This document shows, piece after piece, positions 1-9,506 of a DNA stretch of 64,000 nucleotides; the stretch's first letter is position 1, and every line of letters begins with the position of its first letter. Source of the DNA: Trueperaceae bacterium. Its GTDB lineage: Bacteria > Deinococcota > Deinococci > Deinococcales > Trueperaceae. The stretch is from assembly GCA_965214405.1 (NCBI GenBank), contig OZ243956.1, positions 1-64,000 on the forward strand. Reading direction: 5' to 3'. The position numbers and the translations under genes were made by a program. A model generated the notes under the pieces. The model did not search any database and was not told the origin of the DNA. It saw only the letters and a list, made by a program, of their open reading frames with translations.

Positions 1-742
1 GCTTGACTATCACATTTGCCTTTTCACCGGAACGAATTTCAATCACGCCCTGGGTCATGGTGTGGCCTTCCGCGGTGGCCGCAATGGTGTAAGCGCCAGG
101 GGCGAGGGTCTCAAGGGGTTCTCCAGAAAACTCCTCGTGATAACCGTCGGGACCCACGACGCTCAGGGCGGGTTCAACATCTCCCTCACCCGCGGTAACT
201 TGGATACTCACGCTACCTGTGTCCCCGCCTGCACCTCCTGTGCCTCCTGTATCTGTGGTCTCGGCGGGCTCGCTCGTGCTCTCAAAGCCGCCGAAGGGCT
301 CATAATCGAACACGCCCGCGTCGTAGGGAGCGCTTAGCGTCCGGTTGAGCGTGACTTCGACCGGGGCGTTGCGCCCGAGCACGACCTCGACCTTGCCTAT
401 CACGGGCTGGAGCCCGCTCGCGGTGGCGGCGAGCGCGTAGACGCCGGGTTGCAAGCGCTCGAAAAGTTCCTCTCGCTGGACGTCGGCTGATTGCCGGTAG
501 CCGTCCGGCCCGACCAAAACCACGGTGACGGCCCTGTCGCGGGGCTGGTCAATCCGGAGGACAAGGTTCCCGCCGACCTCCGCGTCGTTCACGCCCGCCA
601 CGTAGCCCTCGACGCGTTCGTAACGGCTGAGCTCGAGCCCCGCCCCCCCAAAGGGTTCATAAAGCGTCGGCGTGGGCGGTTGTGCAAAAGCGAGCGTTCC
701 AAAAAGTAGAGCAAAAGAGGCCAGGGCTGTGAACCGTTTCAT
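1..742 (-). CDS. Secreted protein with repeated beta-sandwich (carboxypeptidase-regulatory/PEGA-like) modules; 3' end runs off the window
   Basis: Hand translation from ATG at 742: signal peptide MKRFTALASFALLFGTLAFAQ, then two similar units (YEPFGG...VGPDGY...LxPGxYxxAATAxG). No stop before the window edge, so it is missing from the ORF track. Confidence 0.7.
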   Translation of the reverse strand, partial: MKRFTALASFALLFGTLAFAQPPTPTLYEPFGGAGLELSRYERVEGYVAGVNDAEVGGNLVLRIDQPRDRAVTVVLVGPDGYRQSADVQREELFERLQPGVYALAATASGLQPVIGKVEVVLGRNAPVEVTLNRTLSAPYDAGVFDYEPFGGFESTSEPAETTDTGGTGGAGGDTGSVSIQVTAGEGDVEPALSVVGPDGYHEEFSGEPLETLAPGAYTIAATAEGHTMTQGVIEIRSGEKANVIVK

Positions 743-976
743 ATTGTTTCCTTTCTAAAACCTCGCCGGAGGGGTTGTAAAGCGTGCGTAAAGTTTGAGA
801 CTCGAGCAGACAATGGGTGCAAGCGAAGTCTCTTCACCATCCTAGCCTCAACATCCCTACCAAGGGTGAACACACGCCCAACGACGCGCTCACAAAATCT
901 TTACGGTCTCGTCACTCCAAACTCAGAACGCACCTTGCCAACAGTAAAAGGACCTTCCCGGTGCTAAACTCGGCTT

Positions 977-2122
977 ATGACCCTACTCGAGAAAGCCCAC
1001 ACCGGCGCGCGCCTAAGCTTTGAGGAGGCGGTGGCGCTCTTTGACCTGCCGCTATTCGACCTCGCTGGGGCGGCGCACGCGGTGCGGCTTCTGCGGACCG
1101 ACCCCGAGCGGGTAAGTTACCTTATCGACCGCAACATCAACTACTCGAACGTCTGCAACGTGGGCTGCGCCTTTTGCGGCTTCTACCGCACCAAGCGCCA
1201 GGAGGACGCGTACACGCTTTCTTATGGGGAGATTAGCGACAAGGTGCGCGAGTTAGAGGGCGTCGGCGGCACCCGCATCCTCATGCAGGGCGGGGTGAAT
1301 CCCCACCTTGACTTTTCCTGGTACACCGACCTGTTGCAGCACTTGAGAACGCATCACCCGACGATCCGGCTCGAGGCTTTCTCGCCCGAAGAAATCAAAG
1401 GGATGGCGAAACTCACGGGGATGAGCACGTTGGACGTCTTGCAGAAACTCCAAAAGGCGGGCCTGGACGGCCTTCCTGGCGGCGGCGGCGAGATGCTGGT
1501 GGACGCGGTGCGGCACGCAAAGCACATCTCCCCGGCGCGCATTTCCACGGATGAATGGCTGCGCGTCATGGGCGAGGCGCAGTCGTTGGGCCTCTACAGC
1601 ACCGCCACGATGGTGATCGGCTTTGGGGAGACGCGGGAGGGGCGCGTCGAGAGCATGATGCGGGTGCGCGCGCAGCAGGACGAATCTTTGCGGGCCTACG
1701 GCAACGGCTTCTCGGCCTTTATCTCCTGGACGCTCCAGACCAAGGGCGTCCGCGTCGAGGGCAAGGTGCCGGGCGCGGGCGCGCACGAGTACCTGCAAAA
1801 CTTGGCCGTGAGCCGCCTCGTGCTCGACAACATTCCCAACTTTCAGGCCTCCTGGCCGACGATGGGCTACAAGGTGGCGCAGACCGCGCTCTTTTTTGGA
1901 GCCAACGACTTCGGCTCAACCATGTTGGAAGAAAACGTCGTCTCGCAGGCCGGGGCCAAAAACCGCGCTACCAGCGAGCGTGAGATCGTCCGGCAGATTG
2001 TGGAGGCGGGTTTCAAACCTGTGCAGCGCGATTCTTTGTACGGCGTCATCCGCGAGCCCGACGCCGCGGCGATGCTGGCGGCCAAACCGGAGATAGACTT
2101 TGAGGCGCTGCCCGCGCTGTAG
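977..2122 (+). CDS. mqnC: Cyclic dehypoxanthine futalosine synthase (radical SAM, CofH/MqnC family)
   Basis: DRNINYSNVCNVGCAFCGFY CxxxCxxC motif, LPGGGGE, ATMVIG, FGANDFGSTMLEENVV. Confidence 0.88.
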   Translation: MTLLEKAHTGARLSFEEAVALFDLPLFDLAGAAHAVRLLRTDPERVSYLIDRNINYSNVCNVGCAFCGFYRTKRQEDAYTLSYGEISDKVRELEGVGGTRILMQGGVNPHLDFSWYTDLLQHLRTHHPTIRLEAFSPEEIKGMAKLTGMSTLDVLQKLQKAGLDGLPGGGGEMLVDAVRHAKHISPARISTDEWLRVMGEAQSLGLYSTATMVIGFGETREGRVESMMRVRAQQDESLRAYGNGFSAFISWTLQTKGVRVEGKVPGAGAHEYLQNLAVSRLVLDNIPNFQASWPTMGYKVAQTALFFGANDFGSTMLEENVVSQAGAKNRATSEREIVRQIVEAGFKPVQRDSLYGVIREPDAAAMLAAKPEIDFEALPAL

Positions 2123-2161
2123 GTGTGCGGCAGGTGGCAGGCTTGTGGTTGACGCTCGAGC

Positions 2162-2194
2162 AAAAACGGCGCTCTCAAACGGAGCGCCGTTTTT
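2162..2194. terminator. Bidirectional intrinsic terminator
   Basis: AAAAACGGCGCTC-7nt-GAGCGCCGTTTTT between convergent genes. Confidence 0.8.
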
Positions 2195-2223
2195 ATTGAT
2201 GTACTGGGTTCGTTTGAGCGCCG

Positions 2224-2946
2224 TTACCCTCTACGCCCGCGGCTCATCAAAAAGGCCGTCCCCAACGCCGCGCCCACTTTCGCAACGTCGTCTTCTAGGT
2301 TGACTTTGCCGTCGCGGTTGCTGTCTAAGAGCCCGAGCAGGCCGCCCTGCTGCGTGTCCGGCGCTTCTTCTTCTAGGGTGCTGCGCTCGCGGTCGAGCAG
2401 GTTCGATACCCCCTGGCTGTCTAAGTTTTGCTGGCGCTTTACTTTGCCGAGCGCGCTCATCACGATGGGCGCCAAAAGCTGCATGAGTTGGCCCGTCGAC
2501 CCGGCCCCAAGACCCGTGGCGCGGCTTACCCCGTTCCGAACAGGCTCTTGCCGCCCGCCTAAAATGTGGTCCAAAATGCCCGCGCCGTTCGTCGCCTTTG
2601 AGCCGCCGCCCAAAAGGCTGCCGAGCAGCCCGCCGACCCCGCCGCTGTTACCTGTATGACCCAGTAAGCCGCCCGCCAAGCCGCCTACGTCGCCACTCGA
2701 GCCGCCCCCCAACAGCGAGGACAGGTTGTCGAGCAGCGAGCCGTCGTGGTCGCGCTCGAGCGCGCTATTCAGGGACTGCGCCCCCTCATCCGACCGCGCG
2801 TTTTTGGACATGCCGCCGATCATCATGGGGACCAAGGCCCCGACCGCCTGCCGCGTCTCCTCTTCGTTGGCGCCGATCTGCTGACTCAGGCTGCTGATGG
2901 TCTGCGGGTCTAGGCTCCGGCGTAATTCGTCCGTTAGGTTGGGCAT
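2224..2946 (-). CDS. DUF937 family protein
   Basis: GAQSLNSALERDHDGSLLDNL, GILDHILG, LAPIVMSALGK, C-terminal LLDSNRDG. Confidence 0.8.
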   Translation of the reverse strand: MPNLTDELRRSLDPQTISSLSQQIGANEEETRQAVGALVPMMIGGMSKNARSDEGAQSLNSALERDHDGSLLDNLSSLLGGGSSGDVGGLAGGLLGHTGNSGGVGGLLGSLLGGGSKATNGAGILDHILGGRQEPVRNGVSRATGLGAGSTGQLMQLLAPIVMSALGKVKRQQNLDSQGVSNLLDRERSTLEEEAPDTQQGGLLGLLDSNRDGKVNLEDDVAKVGAALGTAFLMSRGRRG

Positions 2947-3220
2947 GTATGTCTCCTTTGTGAGTTCATTCGCATTTGCAAGCTAAGTCTAGACGATGAA
3001 AAGGTCTGGAAAAAGCGTTCCAGCATCTTTTCGCGCATTCGTAGAGACTCCGAGAACGAGCGTTTTTCCGCGAGATGTCCCCCTACGAATTTGAAAGGCG
3101 TCGGGCGGCTCGAGCCGCGCGCGAAGGCCATGCGGTATTCCATTCGCCCCTCATCCGGGGCGTGATAGCCTGCACGGAGACGCCGTGTGGCTTTAGAACA
3201 AGAGAGAGTAGGAGGATGTT

Positions 3221-5587
3221 ATGTGGACGTTACATCGTAAGAGGATTCGGTGCGGGATGATTCAACCCGTTGCCGTCACGTTGGTTCTGTTCCTCGTGGC
3301 CGTTGCCTACGCCCAGCCCAGTGTGGCGCTGTACCCGTTCTCGAGCCAGGAGCCCGTGCTCGGCGTGGCGGTCGCGGACACGCTGGCGACGGCATTAGAT
3401 GACGCGGCGGAGGATGAAACCCTCACCGTTTACGGCCCCGCGGTCACGCCCGCGTTCATCGCGCCTTTTGTCGTGGAAGACGGGTTTCTCAGCCCGCTGC
3501 TGCTGCTCAATCCTTCCGGGGCCGACCTCGCGGACGCGAACGGCGCGGCGCTGCTGCGCGAGGCGCTGGGCGTCAATGTCGCGGTCACGGGACGGGTGCG
3601 CCTTGCGAGCATGGGGCTCGAGCTAGAGCTTTTCATCGCCGCGGGTGGTGACGGCGGCGTGCAGCGCTACACCCTGAACGCGCCCGAGGGGGAACCGGGG
3701 CGGCTCGTGGGGGGCGCGCTGACGCTCGTCTCGAGCGCGTCTGGCGTGGCGCGGCCTCTGGAAAACACGTCGTTCGACCTTTCAGACGCTTACGGCGACT
3801 TCGCGGAGGGTCTGACCCTCCTCAGCGCCGGTTTTGTGAGCGAGGCGCGCGCGTCGCTCGAGCGGGCGGTCAACACCGGGGAAGACCAAACGGGGCGTTG
3901 GCAAACCGTGCTGGACGACGTCGTCGCCGCGCAAGAGGGCCGGGCGGGGGCGGACCCGATATTAGGCGCCGCGCTCGCGCTCAACGCAGAGCCTTTTGAC
4001 GCCTCTCGCGCGCAAGAGGCCTTTGCCCGCCTCGCCGAGGTGACGGCGCTGCCCGCCGCCGACCTCTGGCAGGCGACGTTAAGCGTGAGCGAGGGCGACG
4101 ACGCGGGCGCGGCTTTCGACGCGGCGGCGGATTATCCCTACGGTCTCGCGGCGCGCGCGGTTTACGAGGCGGTGCGCTTGGGGGACGCGCAGGAGGACGT
4201 CCAGGCGGACATCGCTCAGGTTTTAGAAACAGACTTACGCGGCGCGCTCCTGGGCGCGGCGCTCGCGGCGCAGGGTTTGGGGGACACGGCTTTAGAGAAA
4301 GCCGTCCTGACCCGCCTTACTCGCGTGGCCCCCGCGCTCGCCTATCCGTTTGAACAACTCTCGTTCATCGCCTTTGACGAAGAGAATCCCTTAGCCGCCG
4401 CCGAAGCGCTGGTCGTGGCGACGGAGCTCGAGCCCCAGAGCAACCTCTACTGGACCAACTTAGGCTGGGCCTACTACCTGCTGGGCCTCCTTGACGAGAG
4501 CGAAACCGCTTCGGTGCGGGCCACCGAACTTATCACCGAAGACACGTTGCAGCCCTGGATTTCTTTTTACAACTTGGGCTTGGCGCGCGTGGTGACGGGG
4601 CGGCTGGGCGAGGCGATGTCGGCCTACGACGAGGCGCTCTTCCTCGACCCCGAGGTGGACGACGAGGCGCTGGCGGATCTTGAAAATGCGCTCGTAAAGT
4701 ACCCGGACGCGCCCGGCGTCTCTTTCGCGCTGGCGAACCTTTACGAAGCGGAGGGGCGTACGGACGAGGCCGCGCGGCAGTACGAGCGCTTCCTCCGGCG
4801 GAGCGGGGTGGACGAAGATGAAGTCACAGCTAACTTTTTAGAGGAGGCGCAAACGCGGCTCTCTGTTTTGCGCGCGCCCCCGGCGCTGCTCGAGCTTCCC
4901 GCCGGAGGGACCCTGAGCCTCGGCCTGGGTGGGGGAGAGGCCGCGCCCTACCGGCCCGGCGACCGCCTCTATCCCGTGTTCGAACTCTCCACTCCCGGCG
5001 CGGAGTTGCCCGGCGAGGTGGTGGTGGAGCTCACGCTCTTAGACGCAGACGGCGCGCCCGTAGACGACCTCACGCTGTCGCAACAACTCTCCTTGCCCCG
5101 CGACGCCGTCGCCGTCCAGATTGACGACGTGGGCCTCGACCTGCCGACCACGCTGGCACCGGGTGCGTATACCCTCGAGGTCGCCGTGACCGCCGAGGGC
5201 GACCGCCGCGCCACCCTGTCACTTCCTTTTGACCTTGAGGGCGAGCCTTCCTTTTTGCGTGGGCTCCTCAGCCGAGACATCACGCTGCGCAACCTAGACA
5301 ACCTGCCCCTCTACGCCCGGCGCGACCTCAGCGTGCCCGACGCCGACGCCGAACTCGTCTCGGCCCTTGTCACCGCTTTACGCAACAGCGCCGACGACGC
5401 CGAAGAGGTGCTGCCGACACCCGCCGCGGGCCGCTTCGAGGGCGTGAGCGGCGGCGAGATTTTCAACATGAGCACCGACACAGACGTACAAGACTTTCTC
5501 ACCTATTTGCTGGCGAGCACCACCGGCAGCGCCGACCTCACCTTTGTGGACGCCTACGCGCAGTGGGCGCTGGAAAACGCGGAGTAG
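3221..5587 (+). CDS. Exported tetratricopeptide-repeat protein with a C-terminal Ig-like domain
   Basis: AGGAGG RBS; signal peptide ending AYAQ; TPR motifs YWTNLGWAYYLLG, FYNLGLARVVTG, FALANLYEAEG; LAPGAYTLEVAVT. Confidence 0.75.
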   Translation: MWTLHRKRIRCGMIQPVAVTLVLFLVAVAYAQPSVALYPFSSQEPVLGVAVADTLATALDDAAEDETLTVYGPAVTPAFIAPFVVEDGFLSPLLLLNPSGADLADANGAALLREALGVNVAVTGRVRLASMGLELELFIAAGGDGGVQRYTLNAPEGEPGRLVGGALTLVSSASGVARPLENTSFDLSDAYGDFAEGLTLLSAGFVSEARASLERAVNTGEDQTGRWQTVLDDVVAAQEGRAGADPILGAALALNAEPFDASRAQEAFARLAEVTALPAADLWQATLSVSEGDDAGAAFDAAADYPYGLAARAVYEAVRLGDAQEDVQADIAQVLETDLRGALLGAALAAQGLGDTALEKAVLTRLTRVAPALAYPFEQLSFIAFDEENPLAAAEALVVATELEPQSNLYWTNLGWAYYLLGLLDESETASVRATELITEDTLQPWISFYNLGLARVVTGRLGEAMSAYDEALFLDPEVDDEALADLENALVKYPDAPGVSFALANLYEAEGRTDEAARQYERFLRRSGVDEDEVTANFLEEAQTRLSVLRAPPALLELPAGGTLSLGLGGGEAAPYRPGDRLYPVFELSTPGAELPGEVVVELTLLDADGAPVDDLTLSQQLSLPRDAVAVQIDDVGLDLPTTLAPGAYTLEVAVTAEGDRRATLSLPFDLEGEPSFLRGLLSRDITLRNLDNLPLYARRDLSVPDADAELVSALVTALRNSADDAEEVLPTPAAGRFEGVSGGEIFNMSTDTDVQDFLTYLLASTTGSADLTFVDAYAQWALENAE

Positions 5588-5594
5588 GCAAAAG

Positions 5595-5659
5595 GGACCG
5601 AGTGCCGAGTGAAAAGTACCGAGTGAGGCATGTTCTACTCGGTACTCCGGACTCGGTCC
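5595..5659. repeat. Nested inverted repeat built from CCGAGT units (REP-like or terminator hairpin)
   Basis: GGACCGAGT (5595)/ACTCGGTCC (5651) and AGTACCGAGT (5615)/ACTCGGTACT (5637) between convergent genes. Confidence 0.65.
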
Positions 5660-5664
5660 TGCCT

Positions 5665-6939
5665 CTACCCCACCAACCTCCCCACAATCCGAAAGCCCGC
5701 CAGATACGTACCCGCCGCCGAACCCAGCGAAACAAAGAAAAACACCAGCAGCGTGCGCGCGACGCGGTTGCGCCACCAGCCGCGCCAGTGGGTCACATCC
5801 TGGCGCAGCGTGCTAAAGTCGCCGACCTTGGGCTTGCGGACCCACAGCTCGACCCCGGCGGCGACGAAGCCCGCCCCGACGAGCGGATTGAGCGAGGTGA
5901 CGGGCGCGGCCGCAAAGCTTGCTAGAATCGTGAGCGGGTGCGCGGTGGCAACCAGCGCCCCGAGCGCCGCCAGCCCGCCGTTGATGAGCGCCCAGTCACC
6001 CAGGAGCGCCCAGCCGAGTTCGGGATTGCGCGAGAAACCAATCACGAAACCCGTCACGATGAGCGCGACCAACAGCCAGGGCAACGTGCGCCAGAGCGGG
6101 TTGGGCGGGGGCACGGCTTCTAAGGCGGCTCGAGCCCGCCCCGGCGCGTCCGTCTGCGACGCCTCTAAATGCTCAACCAACCCCTTCAAGTGCCCCGCGC
6201 CAATCACCACCAGCACATTGTTATAGCGCTTTTTGGCTCCTTCTTCGCGGAGCCGTAGCGCCATGTATTCGTCTCTTTCGGCAATCAGCGGCGCGTAGAG
6301 CGCACCCTCGTTTTCGGCAAACTCGGTGAAGGTGGCTTCCAACACGTCGCCCTCTTTGAGTTTTTCGATGTCCTTTTCGCTGATTTCCTCGCGCGAAACG
6401 ACGCTCGCCAAGAGCCCCGCAAAGAGCGTGGCCCGCTGCCACCAGGGCACGTTTCGGTACACGCGGCGCAGCGTCACGCCGATGTCGCGGTCGATAAGCA
6501 GCACCGGCAGGTCCGCTTCTTTAGCCGCGCGCATCGCCGCGCGCATCTCGGCCCCCGGCTCGACGCCGAACTGGTCGGCCAAGCGCTGCTGAAACGCGCC
6601 CAGGGCGAGACTCGCCGCGACCATGCCCGCCTTGCCCTCGCGGAGCACCTTGAACAAGTCCAGCTTGGCCCAGCGGTCGGGGTCGGTCAGCGCCGCGTGG
6701 CGGTTGGGGTCGAGCTCGATGGCGACCGCGTCAAACTCGCCTGTGCCCATGAGCCGCGCCACCTCGTCGGCGCTCGCTCTAGACACGTGGGCGGTGCCCA
6801 GGATGGTGTAGCGCGCGCCGTCAAGCTCTACAATTCTGGTAGGCTGCTCTATAGGCTGTTCAGTGGGCTCAACATCAGCAGGAACCGCGGGAGCTTCTGT
6901 AGCCTCTGCGGGAACGTCGGTTGTCACGCGTTTTTGCAT
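5665..6939 (-). CDS. TraB/GumN (pheromone-shutdown TraB) family membrane protein
   Basis: ILGTAHVS, AVAIELD, GAEMRAA, LIDRDIGVTLRR, LIAERDEYMA, VIGAGHLKG, C-terminal TM helices. Confidence 0.88.
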   Translation of the reverse strand: MQKRVTTDVPAEATEAPAVPADVEPTEQPIEQPTRIVELDGARYTILGTAHVSRASADEVARLMGTGEFDAVAIELDPNRHAALTDPDRWAKLDLFKVLREGKAGMVAASLALGAFQQRLADQFGVEPGAEMRAAMRAAKEADLPVLLIDRDIGVTLRRVYRNVPWWQRATLFAGLLASVVSREEISEKDIEKLKEGDVLEATFTEFAENEGALYAPLIAERDEYMALRLREEGAKKRYNNVLVVIGAGHLKGLVEHLEASQTDAPGRARAALEAVPPPNPLWRTLPWLLVALIVTGFVIGFSRNPELGWALLGDWALINGGLAALGALVATAHPLTILASFAAAPVTSLNPLVGAGFVAAGVELWVRKPKVGDFSTLRQDVTHWRGWWRNRVARTLLVFFFVSLGSAAGTYLAGFRIVGRLVG

Positions 6940-7004
6940 AGGGAGAGTGTACCCATTTTGGCGGGCTACGGGGGTCGGCTGGCGTGAAGAAAGAGAAGCT
7001 TCTT

Positions 7005-7440
7005 TTACACCAGTTCGGTGTAGGCGAGATTCTCGAGCCCGTCAAACTGTTCCCTGGTCCCGAGCGAAATAAGGGGGTCGCCCACCTCCAGCTCAAAGTC
7101 GGGTCCGAGGTTGGTGAGCGAGTCGCCGCCCCGGATAACCGCTAAGACATTGACGCCGCAGCGCTTGCGGAGTTCTAAATCTCGCAAACTTTTTCCGGCA
7201 AAGAGGCTCTCGCTTTGCACCTCAAAATCGTTGCGCCCGAGCGTTCTCTGCCCGCGCTTCATCGTCGCTTCCAAAAGTTCGGTGGCGGCGCGGTGAACAA
7301 CCAAGTTGACCAACCAACCTGCTGATGGCGTAGGAGTTGATGGCCCGGTCCGCGTCCGCCTTACGCAGTTTACGTAGCGCCGCGTCGTCCTCGGCTCCGG
7401 CAACCATAAAAAGTTTTGGGTTTAGGGCTCGAGCTCACTC
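7005..7440 (-). pseudogene. Remnant of a TrkA-N/TrkA-C (potassium channel) gene
   Basis: Fragments in different frames: ARALNPK, AEDDAALRKLRKADADRAINSY and FAGKSLRDLELRKRCGVNVLAVIRGG..LEVGDPLISLG. Confidence 0.6.
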
Positions 7441-7499
7441 GCGCGTTGCCTCACAAATCTGGAACTTTGCGAGGTCGAAAGGCGTTCTAATGCAAGAGC

Positions 7500-7868
7500 G
7501 CCCGCCAGTTTTGGGGCACCTTACCCTCGGATCTCGGCACCGGCTGGCCGGTTTTAACAACCGTCCCTGGCGTGCTCCTGGCGCTGACCAGCGCCGTGCT
7601 CGGCACGGCGGTGTTGGCGCTCCTGGTCTACCCCCAGCAGCTCGAGGGCCACCTGATTCAGCCTCTCAGCCAGCAAGAGGCGGTCGAGATTCCCCCCGCC
7701 GTGCCGGTGCTGCCGCTGCTCGCTTACGGGACGCTGTTCGGAGTGTTGGGACCGCTGGTCGCCACCCCGCTCGTCACGGTGGGCACCGTGCTCGTAACTT
7801 CACGTGAAACCGCTCGAGGCGTCAGCAACCTGTCAAGCAACGGTCAAACAACGCCTAAACCGGGTTAA
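7500..7868 (+). pseudogene. C-terminal remnant of an AI-2E family transporter
   Basis: QQLEGHLIQPL..AVEIPP..GTLFGVLGPLVATPL signature with no N-terminal part. Confidence 0.6.
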
Positions 7869-7998
7869 CCGTTGTGCTGCGTTAAATCCTATCTTTACCG
7901 TACTGTGCGATTTTAGCCTAACGTCTACCGCCCTGCAAGCCTTAAAATAACGGCGGGCGCGCGTCTGGTTAACTTTGTGTACCAAAAGGAGTAAGGGT

Positions 7999-8241
7999 AT
8001 GTTGTGGTTGGAAACTTTTGACGGCGACCTTTTGAACTTGAATACAGGTCTGCGCATCAGCTTAAAGCCCGACGGGGTCTCGTCCCGGCTCTTGGCGGAG
8101 GGGCAGGGGACGGTCACGCACCTCTTCGAGGGTGACGAGACCCTCTGCTACCGGATTCGTGACGAACTCAAGAGCACGCTGCGTTTAGAGGCCAAGCTCA
8201 TAGAAGTGAGCGCGCTCGAGAAGAGCGTGAGGCGGCCCTAG
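7999..8241 (+). CDS. Small hypothetical protein (80 aa)
   Basis: AGGAG upstream of ATG 7999; host-like codon usage. Confidence 0.55.
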   Translation: MLWLETFDGDLLNLNTGLRISLKPDGVSSRLLAEGQGTVTHLFEGDETLCYRIRDELKSTLRLEAKLIEVSALEKSVRRP

Positions 8242-8411
8242 TGAAACCTTCCGTAGCGTCTCTCTGAAAATGCTCTTCAACATGTCGGTAAAAAGTGAGA
8301 TGCTTCTCGACTGAGCAGTTACGTTTCAGGGGAGGCGCGGACGCTAAAGTATTGAAAAAAGTTAGGAGTTTGAAAAGCCGCCGCTCCTCAGCCCTTGCGT
8401 TGTTCCTACCT

Positions 8412-9407
8412 CTACTTTGAGTAATGCTTGTCGAAAAACCTCAGTATCTCTGAAGAATAGTAGGTCTTCTTTGTGGTACCTTCGTTTTTCAAATCTAAAT
8501 GTCTTATGCGACAATACTTTTCGTCTCCTTCAGCTGACCTCCTGAGGTCGTGGTATGTCTGATTTTGCTTAAAGTCGGTGTAGCGCTCCTTCATCTTTTT
8601 CGTCAAGCTTTGGTAGTCAAACGGATATCTACGTAGAATATCCTCCTCCGTAAGACGTACTTGAGGTGCATTCGGGTCATCAGTCCAACGCACTGGTAAA
8701 GCGTCGTCTGAGGATGACCTGACGAATTTTGTTTCAATCTTCAAGGTAACGTTGTAAGGGTTTTCGGCATCGGGTGGATACTCTTCCTCTTTAGTTTTTA
8801 GGTAGTTTAGGATATTTCGAGTTTGTGCATCATGTTACATCACAGAAAAACTTTCTATGACGTCAGCCTCATGAAAGAAGCTTAGCGGCATCAGAAAGAA
8901 GTTGTACTTCGACAAATCATAATCAAACCACTCTTGAATCAGTTGAATGTAGTTGCGAAGGCAGGCGGTTCCAACCTCTTGTATTTTTCTAGCCAATCCA
9001 ATGTTTTGGTTAATAAGGTGTACTGAGTTATCTCTTACCTCTACAAGAAGATAGATGTTGCTGACTACTCGCTCATCTAATACTACCGAACTCGTATCCC
9101 GTAGTTTCGAGACCGATTGTCCTATAGATAGAGTGGCGGGATTACCCGACCTTGTCGTACGCGGATATAGCCGTTTTGATAAATTTCCATTTTGTAACTG
9201 ACGTCTTTCTAAAATCTGAATTGCTCTTATTTTGTTGGAGTTGTCTTTTAATATTTTTGCCTTCATCAACAGTTCCCAAGCGTTAACCATCAAAATTGAA
9301 AATGTTTCTCCGCGGTACTTGAAGTCGGGCTTGTTGTAAATTTCAATAGCTGAAACAGCGGCGGCTACAGATTTCTCTAAAACTTGCAGGTAGCGTCCTT
9401 TTCGCAT
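8412..9407 (-). pseudogene. DUF3644-family HEPN-domain protein interrupted by one in-frame TAA (8835-8837)
   Basis: AIEIYNKPDFKYR.ETFSILMVNAWELLMKA start; RDNSVH Rx4H motif; frame stays open after the stop (HDAQTRNILNYL...KHYSK); low GC. Confidence 0.75.
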
Positions 9408-9506
9408 TAGAAAAATACTTTAACCAAACGTATGTTAATTTAACAAGCTCTAATAAATATTGAGTTGTATTTGAGTTTCACAGTATTATATGAAAACTAT
9501 TGAGTC

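Noticed and set aside
641..650. Apparent frameshift in the G run of the first ORF
   Set aside because: Recounting seven Gs keeps the frame open (EPFGGAGLEL)
5665..6939. TraB as evidence of a conjugative element
   Set aside because: It is the chromosomal TraB/GumN family; no T4SS or relaxase genes are nearby
7916..7964. GCCTAAC...GTTAACT as an attC site
   Set aside because: Too short, poor internal pairing and no proper GTTRRRY
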